From NCBI GenBank assembly GCA_902461815.1, contig CABPZE010000001.1:321374-385373 (forward strand): a DNA stretch of 64,000 bases, written 5' to 3'. The stretch comes from an uncultured Anaerotruncus sp. (GTDB lineage Bacteria > Bacillota > Clostridia > Oscillospirales > CAG-272). Below are positions 37,044 to 45,577 of this stretch, piece by piece. The position numbers and the translations under genes are program-made. Position 1 is the stretch's first letter, and the number at the start of each line of letters is the position of its first letter. The notes below the pieces were generated by a model. That model did no database searches and was not told where the DNA came from. It was given only the letters and a program-made list of their open reading frames with translations.

Positions 37044-37076
37044 ATATATGTAAAACAACGAGGAAAGGGTTTAACA

Positions 37077-37739
37077 ATGGATAAATACGAAATTCTGAAA
37101 TACGCAGATCATACTCTTCTTTCTCCAACGTCAACCGAGGAACAGATACGCACGATTTGCAACGACGGCATCAAATATCACACCGCTTCCGTCTGCATTC
37201 CGGCGTCTTATGTAAAATTCGCTCACGATTACACGGAGGGAAAGCTCAACATATGCACCGTGATAGGGTTTCCGCTTGGATATGACACCACAGCATCCAA
37301 ATGCTTTCAAGCCTCCGATGCAATTGAAAACGGCGCAAATGAGATCGACATGGTAATAAATCTCGGTTGGCTCAAGGACGGTTGCTTTGATAAAATTGAA
37401 AATGAGATAAGAAAGATCAAGTCGGTATGCGGGGATCACATTCTCAAGGTTATTATCGAAACCTGTCTGCTGACAGACGAAGAAAAGATCCGTATGTGTT
37501 CCGTTGTAGGAGCGGCAGGAGCTGATTATATTAAAACATCTACCGGATTTTCAACCGGCGGAGCTACGCGCGAGGACATTGCACTGTTTGCCGCCAATGT
37601 TCCGGCAGGTCTTAAGATAAAAGCCGCCGGTGGAATACGCTCCTTCAAGGACGCAGAGGACTTTATCGCGCTTGGGGCTTCAAGGCTTGGCACAAGCTCA
37701 CTTGTCAAAATAATTAAAAAGGAAGAAGAATCCGAATAA
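37077..37739 (+). CDS. deoC: Deoxyribose-phosphate aldolase
   Basis: '[11 protein letters not shown]', '[10 protein letters not shown]' and the Schiff-base Lys context '[10 protein letters not shown]'. 220 aa. Confidence 0.9.
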   Translation: MDKYEILKYADHTLLSPTSTEEQIRTICNDGIKYHTASVCIPASYVKFAHDYTEGKLNICTVIGFPLGYDTTASKCFQASDAIENGANEIDMVINLGWLKDGCFDKIENEIRKIKSVCGDHILKVIIETCLLTDEEKIRMCSVVGAAGADYIKTSTGFSTGGATREDIALFAANVPAGLKIKAAGGIRSFKDAEDFIALGASRLGTSSLVKIIKKEEESE

Positions 37740-37745
37740 TTAATC

Positions 37746-37787
37746 GGCTGTCGAAAGCTTTAAGCCTTCGACAGCCAGATTTTTTTA
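37746..37787 (+). terminator. Intrinsic terminator after deoC
   Basis: GGCTGTCGAAAGC (37746-37758) pairs with GCCTTCGACAGCC (37764-37776), followed by AGATTTTTTT. Confidence 0.75.
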
Positions 37788-37796
37788 ATTAATATT

Positions 37797-38978
37797 TCAT
37801 ATCACATGAACACCAAGGCGCGGGTCGGCATGCGGAGCGTCAAGTCCGTATCTCAATGCCTTTCGGTATTCAAAAAAGCGCACTGCTTCATCTCCTGCAA
37901 TGGCATAAGTCAGAATATCTTCCGGGTCATCAAGATATTGCGCCGATTCTCTGCACAGGCAGTCAAGTCCGGGTTCAAGCGTGGACGCCGGACGCACCAA
38001 AAGCATAGGATCGTCCCCTACCGTACGCGCGGCAAAGCTCTCGGAAACAGGTGCAGGAGTCCTGCCGTACATACCGCGCAACAGCGAGCTGAATTCCGGC
38101 AACAGAATCTTATAACGGCTTCCTGCTTTAATATTTGTCTCAGCCTGTGCCTTGAGAATATCCGAGATCGGCGGAGCAAGCGGAGGATATCCTGCATCAG
38201 CACGTACATGAGATATTTCAGCGGAAAGAAATTCATTTGTATCCGGTAAAGCAGTGGCAGATTCACATTCGTCGATCATGTCCATGATCCCTTCCAAACC
38301 GTGCGTCTTTTCTGCGCGGATGCAGAGTTCAACTGCATACACGCCAGCTTGGTCTGCCGCTGAGATAACGTCACGCTCGTAAGCTCCGAAGGTTGATATA
38401 ATTATAGGGATCGAGACATTTCTTTTTATCGCGGAGATAAGCTCCGCGGCATCCGACGGCTGCATAAGACCCTCCGGATCAAAAATACAGACCGAGTCTG
38501 CTCCCATCTGCTCAAGCAATGCGGCATATCCGGCAAAAAAACTTATGCTGTGCGCCGGACTTACAGTGTAAACCAGCCCCGCCTGAAGCTCTGCACCGTA
38601 TTTTTTTGCCGCCCCAATAACTGTCTCAAGATTTCTTGAATCGTTAAGTGCATCATACGCGCGGATCATATCAACACCGTGATCCACCAAGCTTGCAATA
38701 AAATATTCAGTAATATCATCGGGATAAATTTTTGACCCCAGTAAGCATTGCCCGCGTAAAACGACCTGTAGCTTTGTTTTATTCAGACATCCGCGTATTA
38801 TACGCAACCGCTCCCAGGGGTCTTCGCCGAACTCCTTGAGACCGATTCCGAAATCCTCAGCGCCCCACAGGTCAAGCGCGTCAAATCCCGCCTCATCAAG
38901 GGCTGCAATATGATCTCTTGAACTGATTTTCGAGAGCGCGCCGAGCTTTGTCGGCGCAAGTCTTCCGATAATACGCAT
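37797..38978 (-). CDS. OadA / transcarboxylase-5S-like carboxyltransferase-fold protein, active-site ligands substituted, no biotinyl domain
   Basis: It retains the backbone signatures 'GEDPWERLR', 'VLRGQCLLG', 'YDALNDSRNLE' and 'VYTVSPAHS'. The positions of DxxLRD, KDMAG and HxHxH read 'IIGRLAP', 'IFDPEG' and 'IIISTFG'. The protein is 393 aa and ends before any AMKM biotin domain. Confidence 0.7.
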   Translation of the reverse strand: MRIIGRLAPTKLGALSKISSRDHIAALDEAGFDALDLWGAEDFGIGLKEFGEDPWERLRIIRGCLNKTKLQVVLRGQCLLGSKIYPDDITEYFIASLVDHGVDMIRAYDALNDSRNLETVIGAAKKYGAELQAGLVYTVSPAHSISFFAGYAALLEQMGADSVCIFDPEGLMQPSDAAELISAIKRNVSIPIIISTFGAYERDVISAADQAGVYAVELCIRAEKTHGLEGIMDMIDECESATALPDTNEFLSAEISHVRADAGYPPLAPPISDILKAQAETNIKAGSRYKILLPEFSSLLRGMYGRTPAPVSESFAARTVGDDPMLLVRPASTLEPGLDCLCRESAQYLDDPEDILTYAIAGDEAVRFFEYRKALRYGLDAPHADPRLGVHVI

Positions 38979-39139
38979 TACAGTTTGTCAGCGCGGTGAA
39001 CGCTGTCGTTTTCTCCGGTTTCAGCGTTCTTTTTATTACTGTTTGCCTCGCTTGACGCACTGTCGTTATCGGGAACGATTTCTTCTACCTCGGCAATATA
39101 TTCGGTATTGTTGATTTTTACCTTGAACAATCTTTTCAT
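38978..39139 (-). CDS. 53-aa ORF resembling only the N-terminal segment of decarboxylase biotin-carrier subunits (MKRLFKVKINNTEYIAEVEEIV…)
   Basis: It fills the gap between the OadG-like and OadA-like genes. Its TAA overlaps the downstream ATG (TAATG). The N-terminus matches the 'MKKFxVTVNGxxYxVEVEE' pattern, recalled from memory. The RBS is weak or distant (AAAGG ~15 nt upstream). Confidence 0.4.
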   Translation of the reverse strand: MKRLFKVKINNTEYIAEVEEIVPDNDSASSEANSNKKNAETGENDSVHRADKL

Positions 39140-39192
39140 ATTATCATATCATACCTTTCATTATTATCGAGCCAAATCGGTATCCATAATTA

Positions 39193-39546
39193 TCATGGGC
39201 GTATCCACGGCTGTGCTCCGCTTGCGCGTCTGAACGCAACCACACGGAATGATGGTGGAACACTCTTTTTCTCCTCTGCCTCCGCAGCAAGGTACGCGGC
39301 GACCGCCGCCGTTATCGCCGCTGCAAGTTGAGCTTGTGATGCAGCCTCGCAGGCTTCACACTCTGCTCTTTCCGCCATTTCAGCGCGAAGAAGCGCCTCG
39401 CGCTTTTTCTTTTTGTTTTTACCTACCAATGCAACAGTCAAGGAAAGAGCAAGGAGCAGAAAAACAAATAAACAAACAGCTATTATGCAATAGTCGTTGA
39501 ATGTCTTCCCTTCCGCCGCCGTAGCAAGAATTATAAAGCCTCTCAT
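39193..39546 (-). CDS. OadG-family (sodium-pump decarboxylase gamma/delta) membrane anchor protein
   Basis: A single TM helix, then '…LAAAITAAVAAYLAAEAEE…' and C-terminal 'FRVVAFRR…PW'. The ATG at 39546 overlaps the upstream stop (ATGA). The track ORF is extended to 39672 inside the upstream gene. Confidence 0.7.
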   Translation of the reverse strand: MRGFIILATAAEGKTFNDYCIIAVCLFVFLLLALSLTVALVGKNKKKKREALLRAEMAERAECEACEAASQAQLAAAITAAVAAYLAAEAEEKKSVPPSFRVVAFRRASGAQPWIRP

Positions 39547-41036
39547 CTTGAGCGTCTGCCCTCCCTTCGGGGTGTGGGAAGCCCTCGCGACTTGAAAGAA
39601 AGCATTCTGACCGCCGATACAATTCTGGTCCTCAGCTCTGACGGCTCTATTATATCGTCGATCTGACCGCAAAGAGCCGCGTCATTCGGAGAAGCGAGTT
39701 TTTCCCGCCATTCACGTTCAAGCTGTTCTCTGGTCACCGTAACCTCGTTGCTGCAAATTCGGTCGTTCCAGACAAAAGCAACTGATGCCTCAGGAGACAT
39801 TGCACTGATACAGGAATCAACAAGAGCAAAAGCCACGTCTCCGCCAACGGACTTGGACGCCATCAAGGTAAACCCAATTCCATAGGCATTTCCGGTCACC
39901 GCGCTTATTTTTGCATTTTCAGACAGCGTAAGCTCGGAATAAAGATCGGCTATTGCCGAGGCGTATTCCGCCGAATCTGATTCCTCGGAACATATCCCGC
40001 CGCAGTTCGCAAGAGCAATTAGCGGAAGTCCGAATTCATCGCAAAATCTTACAAGCCTTTCAGCCTTGCGGCAAGCCGAAGCTGTCATCATTCCGGAACG
40101 CACCGACGGCTGATTAGCCATGATACCGCAGCACACTCCGCCGACAAAGGCAAGCCCCGCAACAAGCTCAGGAGCAAGCTCTGACCTGATCTCAAGAAAT
40201 ATTTCTTCGTCAGCCAATGATGCTGCAAGCTTTTTGGCATCATACCTGTCCGGAAGGAGCAGTTCCGGCGGAGTCATGCGCTCAAGCACCGGAGTATCGG
40301 TGAGCCTTGCACCTTCGTTACAGTTGGAGGGAATAAGAGCAAGCAGCTCACGGGTGCGGATATACAGCTCATCCTCGCTGTCCGAGATAATATCCGCAAT
40401 CGCAGAACCGTCGGCTGTAGTCTCGCCGCTGATAAACTGCGGAGCAACATAAAATTCGCTCTGATTTCTGACGCATAATACAAAATCAAACGCAGAGGCA
40501 AAGGCAGCCATTCCGCCGCCGCATACTCCGGGGATAAGCGCCACAAGCGGAACAATGCCTTTCGCCGAAAAAATGCTTTTCATTATCCTGCCATATGCCG
40601 CAAGTACTTTTGCGCCCTCGTATACCGATGCTCCGCAGGAATCAAAAATTCCGACAACAGGAGCGCCGTTTCGGATCGCAAGATTGATAAGCGACGTAAT
40701 TTTTCCGGCAGAAACGCTGTCAAAAGCGCCTTTCATACGTGAGCTGTCCTGAACAAAGGCATAAACCAGTCTCCCGTCTATTGCCCCGTAGCCTGTAATC
40801 ACACCTTCAAACGCATTTGACGGATCATCTCCCGCATCCTGCCTTACAATATAAGCCCCGGTTTCGGCAAACGTACCCATATCAAAAAGAGCAAGAATGC
40901 GCGCACGCGCGTTATATCCTCCGTTTGCTTCTTTGATTGAGCTTATATCTATGTTTTTAAGCATTTCGGTCAGTTTGCTCGCCGTAATCGCTCCTAAAAC
41001 ACTTTTTTTTCGTTCGCTCTGACTGCTGTTTTCCAT
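39543..41036 (-). CDS. Acyl-CoA carboxyltransferase-family protein (MmdA/GcdA/PccB-like alpha subunit), divergent
   Basis: Two crotonase-like carboxyltransferase halves: 'GVITGYGAIDGRLVYAFVQD…', 'PGVCGGGMAAF' and 'IMANQPSVRSGMM…KAERLVRFCDEFGLPLI'. GGAG RBS present. Confidence 0.75.
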   Translation of the reverse strand: MENSSQSERKKSVLGAITASKLTEMLKNIDISSIKEANGGYNARARILALFDMGTFAETGAYIVRQDAGDDPSNAFEGVITGYGAIDGRLVYAFVQDSSRMKGAFDSVSAGKITSLINLAIRNGAPVVGIFDSCGASVYEGAKVLAAYGRIMKSIFSAKGIVPLVALIPGVCGGGMAAFASAFDFVLCVRNQSEFYVAPQFISGETTADGSAIADIISDSEDELYIRTRELLALIPSNCNEGARLTDTPVLERMTPPELLLPDRYDAKKLAASLADEEIFLEIRSELAPELVAGLAFVGGVCCGIMANQPSVRSGMMTASACRKAERLVRFCDEFGLPLIALANCGGICSEESDSAEYASAIADLYSELTLSENAKISAVTGNAYGIGFTLMASKSVGGDVAFALVDSCISAMSPEASVAFVWNDRICSNEVTVTREQLEREWREKLASPNDAALCGQIDDIIEPSELRTRIVSAVRMLSFKSRGLPTPRREGRRSR

Positions 41037-41072
41037 GTGCAGCTCCAGTATTCCAAATTTTTTATCAACAAA

Positions 41073-42242
41073 TTATCTGAGTGTCTTTATAAATGCTTCT
41101 ATACGTTCAAGCGCCGCGTCAATATGATTTACAGAATATGCATAGGAAATACGTGCAAAGCCCTCGCCAGATCTGCCGAAAGCAGTACCCGGAACAATAG
41201 CGCAATGATAATCATAAAGCAGACGATTGCAGAATTCTTCGCTTGAAAGTCCAAATTTTCCTATCTCCGGATAGATGTAAAACGCCCCTTCCGGCTCAAA
41301 TGACTCAATACCTATATCTGAAAGTCCGCGGTAAATGTAGCGACGGCGGAAATTGTACTGTTCAGCCATATATTCTATGTCCGAATCACCGTTTTTCATT
41401 GCCTCGACAGCTGCGAGCTGACTTGTTGTGGGCGCGCACATAATAGCGTACTGATGCAGCTTCAGTATCTGCTCCGAAATCGGAGCGGGGGCGCAGACAT
41501 AACCAAGCCTCCAACCCGTCATGGCATATGCCTTTGAAAAACCGGAGGCAAGCACTGTACGTTCGCGCATTCCCGGCAGCGATACAATAGAAGTGTGACG
41601 GAAGCCAAATGTCAGCTCAGCGTAAATTTCATCGGACAAAACCACAATATTGGTCTGCCGCAGCACCTGCGCGATCTTTTCAAGGTCGTCGCGTGTCATT
41701 ACTGCACCGGTGGGATTGTTGGGATATGCCAGAACAAGCAATTTTGTTTTCGGCGTAATCGCCGCCGCCAGCTTTTCCGGAGTCAGCTTGAACTTGTCAC
41801 GCGCCGATGTATCAATTATTACTGGTATGCCGCCTGCCATTTTTACAAGCGGTTCGTAACACACAAAACACGGTTCCGGTATTATGACCTCGTCACCCGG
41901 AACGACAAGCGAACGAATAGCCATATCTATCGCTTCACTGCCGCCGACGGTGACTGTTATTTCCTTTTTAGGATCATAGGTCAAGTCAAAACGGCGCGAA
42001 AGATATGACGCGATCTCATTTCTAAGCTCAAGCGTACCCGCGTTTGAAGTATAATAAGTTTTACCCCTCTCAAGACTTTCAATTCCTGCTTCGCGAATAT
42101 GCCATGGCGTAATGAAATCAGGCTGTCCTACAGTCAGTGAGACCACGTTGTCCATATCCTCAAGTAAATCAAAAAACTTACGTATTCCTGATTTCTTGAG
42201 CGATGTTACAGTGGGAGAGAGCACCTTGCCATAGTCGAACAT
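41073..42242 (-). CDS. Class I/II PLP-dependent aminotransferase
   Basis: 389 aa with 'YPNNPTG' and the PLP-Lys context 'SGFSKAYAMTGWRLGY'. The start overlaps the regulator's stop (TGATG). Confidence 0.85.
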   Translation of the reverse strand: MFDYGKVLSPTVTSLKKSGIRKFFDLLEDMDNVVSLTVGQPDFITPWHIREAGIESLERGKTYYTSNAGTLELRNEIASYLSRRFDLTYDPKKEITVTVGGSEAIDMAIRSLVVPGDEVIIPEPCFVCYEPLVKMAGGIPVIIDTSARDKFKLTPEKLAAAITPKTKLLVLAYPNNPTGAVMTRDDLEKIAQVLRQTNIVVLSDEIYAELTFGFRHTSIVSLPGMRERTVLASGFSKAYAMTGWRLGYVCAPAPISEQILKLHQYAIMCAPTTSQLAAVEAMKNGDSDIEYMAEQYNFRRRYIYRGLSDIGIESFEPEGAFYIYPEIGKFGLSSEEFCNRLLYDYHCAIVPGTAFGRSGEGFARISYAYSVNHIDAALERIEAFIKTLR

Positions 42243-42718
42243 CAGTTGCAGTTTCCTCTCTCGTCGATTTCGGCAGAACCGTATACCACGCCCTTGTCCT
42301 TATATTTCTTAAGTACAAAATGAGTTGCGGTAGAGGTGACATATTCAATGGGCGCCAGCTTCTGGGCTACAAAGAACGCCACTTCCTTCATGGTCTTGCC
42401 CTCAATAATAAGCGCAAGATCAAAGCCTCCCGACATAAGGTAAACACTCTTTACCTCAGGATAGCTGTATATCTTCTCAGCAGCCTTATCAAAGCCGAGA
42501 TCACGCTGCGGGGTGATTTTTACCTCAATGAATGCGGTAACATATTCACGGTCTGTTTTGTCCCAATCCACAAGCGCCTGGTATCCGAGTATTACACCGT
42601 CTTCCTCGTACTTTTTTATAGTCCTTTTTATGTCTCCGGTTTCTTTATTAAGCATTACAGCCAGCTGCTCAGGCGTCAGCTTGGCATCATTTTCGAGCAT
42701 TGCTAAGATCTTATCCAT
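42242..42718 (-). CDS. Lrp/AsnC-family transcriptional regulator
   Basis: An N-terminal HTH ('LENDAKLTPEQLAVMLNKETGDIKRTIKKYEEDGVI') plus a C-terminal RAM/AsnC_trans_reg-like domain. GAGGGA RBS present. Confidence 0.85.
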   Translation of the reverse strand: MDKILAMLENDAKLTPEQLAVMLNKETGDIKRTIKKYEEDGVILGYQALVDWDKTDREYVTAFIEVKITPQRDLGFDKAAEKIYSYPEVKSVYLMSGGFDLALIIEGKTMKEVAFFVAQKLAPIEYVTSTATHFVLKKYKDKGVVYGSAEIDERGNCN

Positions 42719-42741
42719 TTTTATCCCTCACTATCGAAAAT

Positions 42742-44349
42742 TTATTTTTTCATTTCTACTTTCTTTTTTATTGAATCATACGACAATCCGTATTTTTCGG
42801 CAATATCCCGGGCGTAGCTCTTACCGTCGGGTTTGGCACGGGTGATTTTGAAGGAGCGCTTCCCTTCTTCAATGCCGGCAACAAGCGTATCAATTTTTAC
42901 GCCACCGTTTTTGGCGGTTCTGGCATTGATATCGTCTATCATTGCCGCCAACTCGTGCAGATGTGTTGAGAAAAGCACCCGGCATCCAATCAGTGCAAAG
43001 CCACCCAAAACCTCTGCCGCAATATATGACGCTTCAAACGATCCGGTAGAGGACAATGATTCGTCAAGCAAAACCAAAGACTCATCAGTCACGGAGCTTA
43101 TTATTGCGTCAAGCCGGGCGCACTCCTCGCCGAGTCTGCCTTTATCTATTGTATCGTCAGCACCGGTAGGAAAGTGCGTATAGATACCGTCAACAGGAGA
43201 CATGACCGCTGACTGCGCCGGAACAAACATTCCAAGCTGAAGCATTGCCTGCGATATTCCAAGTGCGCAGGTAATAACCGATTTTCCGCCGCGGTTAGGA
43301 CCTGACAGCACATAGATCGTTGCATTCTCGTCAAATACAAGATCGTTAGGTACAACTTCACCTTCTATTTTCAGCGCAACAGCCGGATTGTAAAGCCCGT
43401 ATGCACAGTAAGTCTTGTCAGCGGCAGGAGCAAGCTCCGGGAAACAAAGCGGACAGTGCTTTTCCTTAAGCCGTTTCAGCATACGGGTGCCTTTCACCAA
43501 AAACTCTATTTCGGGGATAAGATTCAGCAGAAAATCGGTATTTTCAAGCACGTACTGCTGAACTATCTTCTTCCACGAGCGAAGCGACGAGCTGTAAACA
43601 TCGTTGATAGCGGAATTAAAGGCTATCGACAAGGCTGTCTTCTGGTTGTCTGTCTGATTCTTGTTAAAGGGCACAAGCTTGGCAATGCATGTGTATTCGT
43701 CGTCCTTGAAATTAAGGCGAAGGATCTTTTCTATTACATCTCCAGAGCGGAACTGCTCCGGGTTGATAGACAGCACTCCGGCATCCTTTGGACGAAGCTG
43801 AGCGTCCAGATTCACTCCGATGGTTACGCTTTTGATTTCCCTTACGCGCTTGGTCAGCTCGCACAGCTTTTCGTTAAGCTCACTGTAATAGTCGCTTTCG
43901 GCAAGCTCGTTTATCCGGTCGCAAAGCGTGCGGAAGGCACGGCTTTTCAGGTTGTCGCTTACTGCGTTTAGACCGTCGTTAAGCGTATCCACACTGGAAA
44001 TATAAAGCTCTATCTCGGTAATGCTCGCAAGATAATCGTTTGTGTCACCGCTGTCAGACTCAAGGCGACGCAGCTCAAGCACGTCGTTCAGAATAGGCAT
44101 CACGGAATTAAGCGTGTCAATAAGTCCTGGGTTCTCAAGCAGATCGGCAAAGGTTTCATTGCGATATGCAATAACCTCAGGGTCAGAGGTAAAAAACTCC
44201 GGCAACGACCCGTTTTTAAGTTGAAGAATATCCCCAAGCCCCAGCTCGTCCACAACATACTGGCTAATATCAGGTCTGTCCTCGGCTCGAAGATGTCTCT
44301 CCTGCGACTCCTCATCGGGATATATCAAAGAAAAATTCTGAAGATCCAT
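42742..44349 (-). CDS. MutS-related ATPase (domain V only, no mismatch-binding domain)
   Basis: Walker A 'SGPNRGGKSV', 'LVLLDESLSSTGSFEA' and 'FSTHLHELA'. The N-terminal ~300 aa are helical and unrelated to MutS domain I. Confidence 0.75.
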   Translation of the reverse strand: MDLQNFSLIYPDEESQERHLRAEDRPDISQYVVDELGLGDILQLKNGSLPEFFTSDPEVIAYRNETFADLLENPGLIDTLNSVMPILNDVLELRRLESDSGDTNDYLASITEIELYISSVDTLNDGLNAVSDNLKSRAFRTLCDRINELAESDYYSELNEKLCELTKRVREIKSVTIGVNLDAQLRPKDAGVLSINPEQFRSGDVIEKILRLNFKDDEYTCIAKLVPFNKNQTDNQKTALSIAFNSAINDVYSSSLRSWKKIVQQYVLENTDFLLNLIPEIEFLVKGTRMLKRLKEKHCPLCFPELAPAADKTYCAYGLYNPAVALKIEGEVVPNDLVFDENATIYVLSGPNRGGKSVITCALGISQAMLQLGMFVPAQSAVMSPVDGIYTHFPTGADDTIDKGRLGEECARLDAIISSVTDESLVLLDESLSSTGSFEASYIAAEVLGGFALIGCRVLFSTHLHELAAMIDDINARTAKNGGVKIDTLVAGIEEGKRSFKITRAKPDGKSYARDIAEKYGLSYDSIKKKVEMKK

Positions 44350-44354
44350 ATATA

Positions 44355-45425
44355 TTATTCCTTATCATTTTTATGTCCGTCGGTGCCGTCAGCGTTCGGT
44401 GCATCCTCGACGCGAGCCACATCCCGCCCGAGCGGATTTTTTGACATTGCATTTTCAACATCGCTGTCAACAACGTGGGTGTATATCTGAGTGGTGTTAA
44501 GCTGCTCATGCCCCAATATTTCCTTAAGGACACGGACATCCACTCCGCCCTCACGGTACATAAGCGTCGCCGCAGTATGCCGCAGCTTATGTACCGAATA
44601 GTGCTTTGACCCCAGACCTGCGCGCTCAAGATATTTGTTGACAGTCCACTCGACCGACTTGGGGCTTATACGCCTGCCCTCACGGCTGAGAAAAAGCGCA
44701 TTTGAATCAGCAGGAGTTTTGGGCTTGACCGTGCCGCGAGTCCGTTCATCGAGGTAATCGCCAAGCGCGGCTCTGCAAGCCTCATTGAGGTAAATAATAC
44801 GTTCCTTATTTCCCTTTCCGACTATACGAACAGTACGCAGATAACGGTCAATATCATCAAAATCAATTCCGCAAAGCTCGGAAAGACGTAATCCGCAATT
44901 CAGAAAAAGAGTTATCATGGCAAAGTCGCGTCGGCGGAATGCTGAGGTCGTATCCGTTCTCACCGTTTCAAGCAGAAGGCGCGATTCCTCAAGCGTCAGA
45001 AATTTCGGCAATGACTTCCGCTTGTTCGGCGCGTCGATTGCGGCAGTCGGGTCATTTTCAAGCAACTGCCGTTTTGAGACGAGATACTTGAACAGACTCT
45101 TGATAGCAGTCAGTTTGCGCGCACGCGCTGCACTTTTGTTTCCGCGTTCGCGGTCGGTGTAAAATAAAAAATCGTAAATATCAGTGCTTTGGATGCCGCG
45201 CAGGAACTCAACATCAACACCGCTGATGTCGATAGAGGTAAATTCCTCACTGTGCGGATCTGGAACGTTGCCCTGCCCCTTGGCAATAAGAAAGCGAAAG
45301 AATGTGCGCAGGTCAAGCATATATTCATTAACCGTCCGAGGTGAGCGCCCCTGAATAACCAGCTTGTATCCGGCAAATTCCCGCAATATCTGAGAATATT
45401 CCTCCGGATTATATTGTGTCGCCAT
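44355..45425 (-). CDS. Tyrosine site-specific recombinase (XerC/XerD family) with ~35-aa acidic C-terminal tail
   Basis: An N-terminal SAM-like domain, with 'GLRLSEL', 'HKLRHTAATLMY', 'LGHEQLNTTQIYTHV' (catalytic Tyr) providing the R…HxxR…H…Y set. Confidence 0.85.
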   Translation of the reverse strand: MATQYNPEEYSQILREFAGYKLVIQGRSPRTVNEYMLDLRTFFRFLIAKGQGNVPDPHSEEFTSIDISGVDVEFLRGIQSTDIYDFLFYTDRERGNKSAARARKLTAIKSLFKYLVSKRQLLENDPTAAIDAPNKRKSLPKFLTLEESRLLLETVRTDTTSAFRRRDFAMITLFLNCGLRLSELCGIDFDDIDRYLRTVRIVGKGNKERIIYLNEACRAALGDYLDERTRGTVKPKTPADSNALFLSREGRRISPKSVEWTVNKYLERAGLGSKHYSVHKLRHTAATLMYREGGVDVRVLKEILGHEQLNTTQIYTHVVDSDVENAMSKNPLGRDVARVEDAPNADGTDGHKNDKE

Positions 45426-45541
45426 ACACCATGCGTCCCTTTCGACTGAAAAATATAAACTTAATAATAATAATTTTAATCATTTTACACAGTGCATCTG
45501 GTGCTTTTATTGTATAAAGTGTAAACTTTCCGATTTGGATA

Positions 45542-45570
45542 TTGAAAACAAACGTGTTTTTATATATAAT
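45542..45570 (+). promoter_or_regulatory. Sigma-A-type promoter for the 45630 membrane-protein gene
   Basis: TTGAAA (45542-45547), a 17-nt spacer, then TATAAT (45565-45570). Confidence 0.6.
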
Positions 45571-45577
45571 TAAAGAA

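Noticed and set aside
39547-39672. N-terminal 42-aa extension of the OadG-like ORF in the six-frame track
   Set aside because: The extension lies wholly inside the carboxyltransferase gene in another frame. The ATG at 39546 forms an ATGA stop/start overlap and yields the typical OadG layout with the TM helix at the N-terminus.
44355-45425. Tyrosine recombinase as the integrase of a prophage or integrative element
   Set aside because: I found no flanking phage, conjugation or IS genes, no tRNA target and no obvious direct repeats. The neighbours are ordinary metabolic and housekeeping genes on both sides.
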